DNA of 43,526 bases. Origin: Candidatus Woesearchaeota archaeon CG10_big_fil_rev_8_21_14_0_10_32_9. Its GTDB lineage: Archaea > Nanobdellota > Nanobdellia > Woesearchaeales > 21-14-0-10-32-9. The stretch lies in contig PCYF01000015.1 in the NCBI GenBank assembly GCA_002762915.1, positions 1-43,526 of the forward strand. The letters are read 5' to 3'. The notes under the pieces were generated by a model. That model searched no databases. It saw only the letters and a program-made list of their open reading frames with translations, and was not told the DNA's origin. This document shows positions 8,525 through 16,484 of this stretch, piece after piece (the first letter of the stretch is position 1; each line of letters starts with the position of its first letter). Position numbers and translations under genes: made by a program.

Positions 8525-9703
8525 TTAATAATTAAGTTCATAAGCAATTATCTTTAAAGTGACCGGAACCCCATTAAGTTCTTTTCTGAAATTTTTAGTT
8601 ATAAGATTCTTAATATTATCTCCTCCTACAGTGAACTGAGGGCTTTCTCTTATTACAACTGCTCCTTCACAACAAGAAACTCCTTTGATATGTGTTGCAT
8701 TTATTCTTTCAAGAGTTACAAAGCTTCCTGCAGCTACTCCTTCACAGACATCTCCGATAAAGCCATATGTTGGATCGATTTGGAAGTAACATCCGTTTTC
8801 TTCATGACAATTTGATCTACAAATGTTTGCACCATTTTCATCAGGAAGAGTACATTCTGCAGAACATGCAGCATAACTTAAAGGACAGTCAATTAAATTT
8901 TTTCCCGCAGCCAAATATATTTCTTTTTGAGTTGGTAAAAATCCTGCTGCCGAACATAATAACAAAACATTTCCTGCGGTAGCGTTCATTGAATAATAAC
9001 CATCATTCGAGGTCGATGTTGTTGATATTGCTGGATTTATATCTGATCTAATATTCACCATAGCATTGTCTATTAATTGATTAGTTTTTTTGTTATATGT
9101 TATTCCTGCTAATTGAACTGTACAATCGGGATCCGGACATTCATCACAACTTGCAGTTCTTGGAACTGATTCGCATATTGCTCTATATGCTTCAGGATAA
9201 TTTCCTGCAGTAATAGTTCTAGTACACGTAACATCTTGTGATTCTTGCCATATGCTTCCAGAAGAATTCAAATCTTCTGCAGTTTCTCCGTTATTTAATC
9301 TATATTCAACAAGCGCACAAGCTCCACCAATAACTGAGCAAGCCTGATTTCCTGTAGGATAATTAATAATATAGGAAGAGTTTACACTCGGCCTTGATAA
9401 TTCACTTATTTTCATTAGCACAGAGCTCTTAGTTAAATTTGATTCATTTAAACCGTCAGAATAAAAGGATGGACAAACACCATCTGAGACACCACATGCA
9501 AAACAAGTGTCACATAATTCAACTGCACCATATCCTGTAGTATTTACATTTTGACCACAAGTATAAACTCCAGTACATGCGCTTATGCTTATATCAGTGG
9601 AGGCATTAACATTTGAGGTATTTAAAAAAAGTGCAACACCAATCATTATAATAAAAATAACTCCAAAAATAATCCTATTCTGCAGAATATTTTCCTCACC
9701 CAT
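8525..9703 (-). CDS. Cys-rich exported/membrane-anchored protein (putative adhesin)
   Basis: N-terminal hydrophobic anchor IIFGVIFIIMIGVALF. About 23 Cys by hand count, in CxxC / CxC-like clusters. A CarboxypepD_reg-like stretch (DGYYSMNATAGNVLLLCSAAGFLP). Confidence 0.6.
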   Translation of the reverse strand: MGEENILQNRIIFGVIFIIMIGVALFLNTSNVNASTDISISACTGVYTCGQNVNTTGYGAVELCDTCFACGVSDGVCPSFYSDGLNESNLTKSSVLMKISELSRPSVNSSYIINYPTGNQACSVIGGACALVEYRLNNGETAEDLNSSGSIWQESQDVTCTRTITAGNYPEAYRAICESVPRTASCDECPDPDCTVQLAGITYNKKTNQLIDNAMVNIRSDINPAISTTSTSNDGYYSMNATAGNVLLLCSAAGFLPTQKEIYLAAGKNLIDCPLSYAACSAECTLPDENGANICRSNCHEENGCYFQIDPTYGFIGDVCEGVAAGSFVTLERINATHIKGVSCCEGAVVIRESPQFTVGGDNIKNLITKNFRKELNGVPVTLKIIAYELNY

Positions 9704-9810
9704 TATACTCTTTGCTTCAAACAGTTATTTAAATGTTTTGCTTAATCTTTACAGTGGCAATTTGTTTAAAACCCAAAAGCTTATATAGTACAAGCATCAA
9801 GAATTAATCC

Positions 9811-10008
9811 ATGGGTCAACAAGAAGTTTATGACTTTCTCTGTAAGAATAAAAACAAGTGGTTTACTTCGAAGGAGATAAGTGAAGCTCTAGGTGTGAGC
9901 ATTGGTTCTGTTACAATGTCTTTAAAAAAATTAAGAAAGACTAACATAATAAAATACAAAAATACTGGAAAAAGAAATACTTATTCTTACAAGGTAAGTG
10001 GTAAATAA
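9811..10008 (+). CDS. small winged-helix DNA-binding protein
   Basis: FTSKEISEALGVSIGSVTMSLKKLRKTNIIKYK HTH plus wing. TATA-like ttatata lies about 27 nt upstream of the ATG. Confidence 0.55.
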   Translation: MGQQEVYDFLCKNKNKWFTSKEISEALGVSIGSVTMSLKKLRKTNIIKYKNTGKRNTYSYKVSGK

Positions 10009-10088
10009 ATTCCTAATTTCCCCGATAACGCAAATTTTCTAGAAAGTTTTATAAAAAAATTACTTTACTTATTAGTTAGTGATTGTAA

Positions 10089-12029
10089 ATGTCAAAAAAC
10101 AAAATAAACTTAGTTTTTCCAGATGGTTCAAAGAAAGAATTTGATGCAGGAATTACTGGAACGACAATCACTCAAGGCATCAGCGAAGGTCTTCTAAGAA
10201 AAGCCGTTGGCATTAAATTAAATAATACATTGTTTGATCTAAATGCTCCACTCAGTGAATCAGGGGATTTCAAAATTTTAACGTTTGAAGATGAAGAAGG
10301 AAAAACTATTTTCAGACATTCTTCTGCACATCTAATGGCTCAAGCATTAGTGCGAGTTTTTCCCGAGGCAAAATTAACAATAGGTCCTGTTGTTTCTGAG
10401 GGATTTTATTATGATGTTGATCATCCTCCTTTCAAACCAGAAGATCTTATCAAAATAGAAGAAGAAATGAAAAAGATCGTCAAAGAAGATATAGAAATAA
10501 AAAGAAAAGAAATTAGCACAAAAGAAGCATTAAAGTTATTTTCTGGAAACGATTACAAACAAGAAATAATAAAAAATATTGAAGAGTTCGGAGAAGGTAA
10601 AACAGAAAAATCTGATACTGTCTCACTTTACACCCAAGGTGAATTTTTCGATCTTTGTAGAGGACCTCATCTTCCTAGAACAGGAATGATTAAAGCATTC
10701 AAACTTTTAAAAGTTGCGGGTGCTTATTGGCGGGGCGATTCAAAAAATAAACAACTTCAAAGAGTTTATGGAATTAGTTTCCCTGATAAAAAAGAGTTAA
10801 CCTCTTACTTAACTTTAATTGAAGAAGCTGAAAAGCGAGATCATAGAAAATTAGGAAAAGCTTTAGATTTATTTCAATTTCACGAATATAGTCCCGGCTC
10901 TCCTTTCTTTTTCCCAAAAGGTGCAGCAATGTACAATGAACTGTTGACTTTTGTTAGAAGCGAGTATAAAAAAAGAGGATATGATGAAGTTATTACTCCT
11001 TTAATCTATGACAAAGCACTATGGGAAATTTCAGGTCATTGGGAACATTATAAAGAAGACATGTTTCTTCTAAATGTTGACGGTAGAGAATTCTCACTTA
11101 AGCCAATGAATTGTCCTAGTCATTTATTAATGTATAAAACAAAAACTAAGAGTTACAGAGATTTACCCTGGAGAGTTGCTGACTTTGCACCATTACACAG
11201 AAATGAATTAAAAGGAGTTTTAGGTGGATTAACAAGAGTAAGAAAATTCAGCCAAGACGATGCACATATTTTTTGCACCGAAGATCAAATGCAAGACGAA
11301 ATTTTTGCTTTGCTTGATTTCGTTGATTACGTTTATACAAAAGTCTTTGAAATGACTTATAAAATAAGCATTGGAACTAAACCAGAAAAAGCAATGGGTT
11401 CTGACGCATTATGGGAAAAAGCTGAACACGCATTGATTTCATCCTTAGACTCAAAAAAGATTCCTTTCAAAATAAGCAAAGGAGATGGAGCATTTTATGG
11501 ACCTAAAATAGATATTAGAATAACTGATGCACTAAATAGAGAATGGCAGTGTGCAACAATCCAGTTAGATTTTCAAATGCCCTTAAGATTTGATGCAACA
11601 TATGAAGGCCAAGATGGTTCTAAGCATACTCCTTTAATGATTCACAGAGCGATTTTGGGATCACTTGAACGATTTCTTGGAATTCTTGTTGAGCACTTTG
11701 CAGGAAGATTCCCTTTGTGGTTAAGTCCAATTCAAGTTAAACTTTTAACCATATCAGAAAGGCATGAAGTTTTTGCAGACAGTGTTTATGAAAAGTTATC
11801 AAATCAAAATATAAGAGTTGAGAAAGATTATAGATCTGAATCAATCAATAAGAAAGTTAGAGATGCTCAACTAGAACAAGCAAATTACATTGTTGTTATC
11901 GGTGACAAAGAACAAGAGTCTGAAAGCGTCAATGTTAGAACCAGATCAGGTTCGATTCTTGGTGCAAAAAAAACAGAACAGTTCATAGCTGAACTTCTTG
12001 AAGAAATAAAAAATAAAAGAATAAGCTGA
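10089..12029 (+). CDS. thrS: threonyl-tRNA synthetase (TGS + N2 editing + class II core + anticodon-binding domain)
   Basis: N-terminal TGS, editing-domain RHSSAHLMAQAL, class II motif 2 HRNELKGVLGGLTRVRKFSQDDAHIF, motif 3 and C-terminal anticodon-binding domain. Confidence 0.95.
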   Translation: MSKNKINLVFPDGSKKEFDAGITGTTITQGISEGLLRKAVGIKLNNTLFDLNAPLSESGDFKILTFEDEEGKTIFRHSSAHLMAQALVRVFPEAKLTIGPVVSEGFYYDVDHPPFKPEDLIKIEEEMKKIVKEDIEIKRKEISTKEALKLFSGNDYKQEIIKNIEEFGEGKTEKSDTVSLYTQGEFFDLCRGPHLPRTGMIKAFKLLKVAGAYWRGDSKNKQLQRVYGISFPDKKELTSYLTLIEEAEKRDHRKLGKALDLFQFHEYSPGSPFFFPKGAAMYNELLTFVRSEYKKRGYDEVITPLIYDKALWEISGHWEHYKEDMFLLNVDGREFSLKPMNCPSHLLMYKTKTKSYRDLPWRVADFAPLHRNELKGVLGGLTRVRKFSQDDAHIFCTEDQMQDEIFALLDFVDYVYTKVFEMTYKISIGTKPEKAMGSDALWEKAEHALISSLDSKKIPFKISKGDGAFYGPKIDIRITDALNREWQCATIQLDFQMPLRFDATYEGQDGSKHTPLMIHRAILGSLERFLGILVEHFAGRFPLWLSPIQVKLLTISERHEVFADSVYEKLSNQNIRVEKDYRSESINKKVRDAQLEQANYIVVIGDKEQESESVNVRTRSGSILGAKKTEQFIAELLEEIKNKRIS

Positions 12030-12033
12030 GCTT

Positions 12034-12240
12034 TTACCTTCTTTTTTTAGGTTTTTCAGCAGAATCAAAAGCTTTTTCATAGGCGTCATCGCCTTCAAGT
12101 TCTTTTTTTGCTTTTTCTTTATGTTCTTCGTATCCCGCCATAAAACCTTCTTCTTCAGGAGAAATTTCGTCGTTTTCGACTAAATCTTCTCTAGCTTCAT
12201 CATCGTATACTTCTTCCAAACCGTCTTCTTCTCGTTCCAT
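12034..12240 (-). CDS. small, highly acidic protein with a basic C-terminal tail (KPKKRR)
   Basis: 68-aa ORF. A TATA-like box (aaatttatatat, 12261-12272) lies about 28 nt upstream of the ATG. No homology recognised. Confidence 0.45.
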   Translation of the reverse strand: MEREEDGLEEVYDDEAREDLVENDEISPEEEGFMAGYEEHKEKAKKELEGDDAYEKAFDSAEKPKKRR

Positions 12241-12328
12241 TTACTGCATCCTTTTTGGTAAATTTATATATTTTTCGTAATATCTTTTCACAAGTACAAA
12301 TGAAGCCCTTTCTCTCTAAATGCAAATA

Positions 12329-12336
12329 TTTATATA
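12329..12336 (+). promoter_or_regulatory. TATA-like box upstream of the small-ORF pair / pilus operon
   Basis: tttatata lies 55-60 nt upstream of ATG 12391. The predicted leader of about 30 nt contains a GAGGTG RBS at 12381-12386. Confidence 0.3.
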
Positions 12337-12390
12337 GGCTCAAATGCGTTTCAGGGACAGAATATATGAACATAGGACAAGAGGTGCCTT

Positions 12391-12534
12391 ATGAGTAATA
12401 TTAGATGTGACAAATGCGGTTCAGAAATGAGAAAAACTGGTAAAATGAATTCTGGGAATTCTGTTTTTAGCGAGTATACTTGTGTTAAATGCATAAACAA
12501 GAAAGTTTTGTGTGAAGGAGTAATAAGAGTTTAA
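12391..12534 (+). CDS. 47-aa zinc-ribbon protein (not in the ORF track)
   Basis: MSNIRCDKCGSEMRKTGKMNSGNSVFSEYTCVKCINKKVLCEGVIRV has two CxxC pairs. Strong GAGGTG RBS 5-10 nt upstream. Same strand as the downstream operon. Confidence 0.5.
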   Translation: MSNIRCDKCGSEMRKTGKMNSGNSVFSEYTCVKCINKKVLCEGVIRV

Positions 12535-12535
12535 A

Positions 12536-12685
12536 ATGGTAAACGGAGTAGATTTATCTGATTTAAAAAAAGTATTTGAGGACATTGGATCATATTTTAC
12601 AAATTTAGATAGTTTAGGTAAAGCTGCTTGGATAATGATCACAGTAGGAATTATTCTATTAGTTGTTGGCGCTTTTTTCTGGTAA
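12536..12685 (+). CDS. 49-aa protein with a C-terminal transmembrane helix (not in the ORF track)
   Basis: MVNGVDLSDLKKVFEDIGSYFTNLDSLGKAAWIMITVGIILLVVGAFFW. The ATG is 1 nt after the preceding stop (translational coupling). Confidence 0.4.
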   Translation: MVNGVDLSDLKKVFEDIGSYFTNLDSLGKAAWIMITVGIILLVVGAFFW

Positions 12686-12770
12686 TTATTTGGACATTCT
12701 CCTCAGTTAAATTAGAAAGTTTTAAATAGAATGTTTGCTGAGGTCTCTTAAAAGAGGGTGTGGATTTTTA

Positions 12771-13229
12771 ATGATCGAACAGGAATCAAAGAGTGTTGAG
12801 ACTGGCGTCGATAGGCTAGTTCATTTCTTGAAAGATAAAGGAAAGGTAGAACTTAGAGAAGTTGCTATTTCCCTTAATGTTCCAGAAGCAGTTCTACAAA
12901 GGTGGATTGATTTTTTAGTAGAAGAGAAAATTATTGGATTAGAGTACAATTTTACAAAACCTTTGGTTTATTTAATTCAAAAGACAGAGGCTACTGCAGA
13001 AGATAAAGCAATTTCAAGAAAAGATTTTTTGGATTACAAAAAAGGATTCAAGGAACGTGCACAGAAGAGCTCTGTTCCTGTTGATAAAACCGAATATGTA
13101 TGGAGAAATCACGTTATTCAAAGATTAGAACTTATGAAAAAATTATTTTATATTGAAGCTGGAAAAAGAGGTCTAAAAAATGCTGACACATTGTGGCTTG
13201 AATATAAAAAGAGAGCGGCGGAGATGTAA
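12771..13229 (+). CDS. uncharacterised protein with an N-terminal winged-helix-like domain; first large gene of the pilus operon
   Basis: GVDRLVHFLKDKGKVELREVAISLNVPEAVLQRWIDFLVEEKIIGLEY. ATG 12771 is preceded by a GAGGGTG RBS. The track TTG 12735 is the alternative. Confidence 0.5.
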   Translation: MIEQESKSVETGVDRLVHFLKDKGKVELREVAISLNVPEAVLQRWIDFLVEEKIIGLEYNFTKPLVYLIQKTEATAEDKAISRKDFLDYKKGFKERAQKSSVPVDKTEYVWRNHVIQRLELMKKLFYIEAGKRGLKNADTLWLEYKKRAAEM

Positions 13230-13232
13230 GTA

Positions 13233-14219
13233 ATGACTGGAACAGAAATAGATTTAGAGAGGTTTTTCGAACAAGACATGGTAGAATTTCTTGATAGAAA
13301 AAGAGCTCTTCAAAATACAGGTTCCGTAGATAATAATAGTTTAAGTGATCCTTCTGAAATGATCGATGCTTTAGCAAAAAACAATGTGGCTTTAGCAAGT
13401 AAACTTCTTGAAAATACAATAGACAAATACAATCATCTTTCTTCGGCAGATGTATACAAAGAAATTTATTTCAACAGAATTTTAGAATTAACAAGACTTA
13501 TTTCAGAATTTATAAGATTAAATCCTCAACCAAGCAAATTAAAAGAAGATCTTGAATTACTTCATCAATCTAGACAGTTAGATCAGGGACCGATTGATAA
13601 AATAACAGTTTTTGAAAGCAGACATGAAGCTAGGGAAGAAAAATTAAAACTCCAAAGAGATAGAGAATTAACTTTCAGAGAGCACCTTGAGGATAAATTA
13701 AAAATAATCAATAAAAATCTATTTTTGAGTATTAGAAAAAAGGACGTTCCGACCTCAATAAAATATTACGAAGAAATGAAGATTTGTTTTGAACAATATC
13801 CTCCTTCTTTTGCAGAAAGAAAAAAAGAATTATACAATGATCTTCTAGCTTATTTTATGCAGCTGCAGAAGTTGAGAAAAGATGTTGTAGAAGATGCTAA
13901 AAGACATGAAGAAGATACAAAAAGATTACTTGCAAGCGTTAAAGATAATGCGCAAAAATATTTAAGAGCAAATGAAATTGAGGGAATAATTAATAAAATA
14001 AAAATAGATGTTAAGAATTCAGATTTTAATGCTGCTCGTGCTAAAATTATAGAATTGAAACATATTGCAAGCAGTATTCCTGATGAATATAAACATGTAA
14101 GATCCATATTAAATGCAAAAATAGACATTATTAATCAGAGAGTTGAATTTGTTAAAAGATTAAAAGAGAAGGGGGCACAGGCACCTGTAACTCAGGGTCA
14201 AGTGATGCAACATGGTTGA
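13233..14219 (+). CDS. all-helical (coiled-coil / TPR-like) protein of the pilus operon
   Basis: 328 aa, K/E-rich heptad-like stretches. Its stop overlaps the ATPase start by 8 nt. Confidence 0.5.
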   Translation: MTGTEIDLERFFEQDMVEFLDRKRALQNTGSVDNNSLSDPSEMIDALAKNNVALASKLLENTIDKYNHLSSADVYKEIYFNRILELTRLISEFIRLNPQPSKLKEDLELLHQSRQLDQGPIDKITVFESRHEAREEKLKLQRDRELTFREHLEDKLKIINKNLFLSIRKKDVPTSIKYYEEMKICFEQYPPSFAERKKELYNDLLAYFMQLQKLRKDVVEDAKRHEEDTKRLLASVKDNAQKYLRANEIEGIINKIKIDVKNSDFNAARAKIIELKHIASSIPDEYKHVRSILNAKIDIINQRVEFVKRLKEKGAQAPVTQGQVMQHG

Positions 14220-15669
14220 AGTTAAACGAAAATTATTGGACAAATATTCTTTAAATGCAAACGGAATCAAAGTAGATGTAGAAATAATTACAAGAGATGA
14301 TAAATATGTTCCTCAATATATTATTTCTTTAACAAATATTTCTGATACAACTAAAATTGTTTTAGAAAAAATTAGAGAAGAGTTCATTTCTAAATTAGAT
14401 CTAGAAGAGATTGAAAGAAGTAGACAAGAAGATATTGACAGCATGAAGAAAAAATTTACAGTTAGTTTATCTAAATTAATAAGCAAGTATTTTCCTGAAT
14501 CCAATGAAGATACGAAAAATACTCTTATTGATTATTTGCTTGAAGAAAACTTAGGTCTTGGTAAAATTGAATTATTGTTAAAAGATGCGAATTTAGAAGA
14601 AATTGTTATCAATAATCACGTTGATCCTGTTTGGGTTTATCACAAGAAATTCGGTTGGCTTGAAACAAATATTAAAATGGTTACAGAAGCCAGAATTAGA
14701 CATTATTCGACTATGATTGCTAGAGACGTTAATAAAGAAATTACTGTTCTTAATCCTTTACTTGACGCACACTTGATGACTGGAGACAGAGTAAACGCAA
14801 CGCTTTATCCTATTTCTACAAAAGGTAACACTATAACCATAAGAAAGTTCGCAGAAGATCCTTGGACAATTACTAAATTTATAGAAGCAAATACAATCAG
14901 TGCTGCAGCTGCTGCAATTATTTGGTTAGGAATTCAATATGAATTGTCCATTCTAATTGCGGGAGGAACAGGTTCTGGAAAAACATCTATGTTAAACGTA
15001 ATTAGTAATTTCTTTCCTCCAAATCAAAGAATTATTTCAATTGAAGATACTCGTGAATTGGAATTAGCTAAGAATCTTCACTGGGTTCCTATGGAAACAA
15101 GAATGGCCAACCCAGAAGGAAAAGGTGGAGTTACTATGCTTGATTTGCTTGTAAACAGTTTAAGAATGAGACCAGATAGAATTCTAGTAGGAGAAATTAG
15201 AAGAAAGCAAGAAGCTGAAGTATTAATGGAAGCTATGCATACTGGACACTCAGTATATGCAACTATTCACGCAAATACTGCTGATGAAACAATAACAAGA
15301 CTTACTAATCCTCCAATTGATATTCCTAAAGCAATGTTGTCTTCTCTCGGATTGATTCTTGTTCAGAACAGAAATAGAAGAACTGGAAAAAGAAGAACAT
15401 TTCAAATCGCGGAAGTTACAAAAGCAGGAGATCCTAATGTTATGATTCAACTAAATGCAATTGATGATATTCACGAGCAAGTTAATGATTCTCAAGTTGT
15501 ATTCAAGTTGATTTCACTATACACCGGAATAACTAATGATCAGATAATTTATGATTTAAAGCAAAAAGAACAAATTCTTAATTGGCTTGTTAAAAAGAAG
15601 ATTTATGATATTAATGATATTGGAAGAATTATGGCAAATTATTATACTGGAAAATTAAAGTTGGTTTGA
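14212..15669 (+). CDS. type IV filament / type II secretion family assembly ATPase (FlaI/PilB/EpdL/TadA-like)
   Basis: Walker A AGGTGSGKTSMLN, Walker B DRILVGEIR, Asp/His boxes (SIEDTRELEL, GHSVYATIHAN). Confidence 0.9.
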   Translation: MVEVKRKLLDKYSLNANGIKVDVEIITRDDKYVPQYIISLTNISDTTKIVLEKIREEFISKLDLEEIERSRQEDIDSMKKKFTVSLSKLISKYFPESNEDTKNTLIDYLLEENLGLGKIELLLKDANLEEIVINNHVDPVWVYHKKFGWLETNIKMVTEARIRHYSTMIARDVNKEITVLNPLLDAHLMTGDRVNATLYPISTKGNTITIRKFAEDPWTITKFIEANTISAAAAAIIWLGIQYELSILIAGGTGSGKTSMLNVISNFFPPNQRIISIEDTRELELAKNLHWVPMETRMANPEGKGGVTMLDLLVNSLRMRPDRILVGEIRRKQEAEVLMEAMHTGHSVYATIHANTADETITRLTNPPIDIPKAMLSSLGLILVQNRNRRTGKRRTFQIAEVTKAGDPNVMIQLNAIDDIHEQVNDSQVVFKLISLYTGITNDQIIYDLKQKEQILNWLVKKKIYDINDIGRIMANYYTGKLKLV

Positions 15670-16484
15670 ATAACATGAGTCTAGCAGCAGCACTTGTAGC
15701 AAGAAATCCTGAACTTAAAAAAAAGCTTAGAATGGCAAGACTAGATGTAACTCCGGAAGAGTTTGTTAAACAAAGTATAAGTATGACTTTAGGAATGAGC
15801 TTTTCCTTGACTGTTATTTTATTTTTCCTATTTGATAAATCAGGAGGGCCTGTATTTTTATTACCCTTCATCTTTTTAATATTTCTGTCAGTATTTTATA
15901 GATTTAATATGTTAAAAATTAATTCTAGAATAAATAAACGAAAGAAGGATATAGATAAGGATGTTTTGTTTGCAGGAAGATATTTGCTTGTTAAACTTAA
16001 TTCTGGAGAACCTTTAATGAATGCATTAATCGATGCTGCATCTAGTTATGGAATTGCAAATCAACATTTCAAAGAGATTGTTAAAGATATAGAAATGGGC
16101 AAACCAATTGAACGTGCTCTTACAGAAGCAGCAGAATATTCTCCTTCTGCAAAATTTAGAAAGATTTTATTTCAAATTGGAAACGCACTTAAAATAGGAA
16201 TAGACGTAACCCAGTTTTTAGATGCAACACTTAATGAGATTGCAGATGAACAATTAATTGAAATTAACAGATATGGAAAGAAACTAAGCAGCATTACATT
16301 ATTTTACATGTTGTTTGCAGTAGTATTGCCTAGTCTTGGATTAACTATTTTCATAATTATTGCTAGTATGGCATCCATTCAAGTTGATGCAACTTTTTTC
16401 GGAGTTATACTTTTTTTCCTAGCAATACTTCAAGGAATGTTCCTTATTGTATATAGAAGTTCGAGACCAAATATTAATTTGTGA
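15666..16484 (+). CDS. T2SSF-domain platform membrane protein, first half (TadB/EpdJ-like)
   Basis: One T2SSF-like cytoplasmic domain (DVLFAGRYLLVKLNSGEPLMNALIDAAS...) flanked by TM helices. Start TTG 15666 overlaps the ATPase stop (TTGA). ATG 15675 is the alternative. Confidence 0.8.
   Translation: MNNMSLAAALVARNPELKKKLRMARLDVTPEEFVKQSISMTLGMSFSLTVILFFLFDKSGGPVFLLPFIFLIFLSVFYRFNMLKINSRINKRKKDIDKDVLFAGRYLLVKLNSGEPLMNALIDAASSYGIANQHFKEIVKDIEMGKPIERALTEAAEYSPSAKFRKILFQIGNALKIGIDVTQFLDATLNEIADEQLIEINRYGKKLSSITLFYMLFAVVLPSLGLTIFIIIASMASIQVDATFFGVILFFLAILQGMFLIVYRSSRPNINL

Noticed and set aside
12421-12642. 73-aa minus-strand ORF from the track.
   Set aside because: It has no RBS or promoter and a low-complexity product. 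The plus strand carries two RBS-led, coupled micro-ORFs that explain the region better (see finding).
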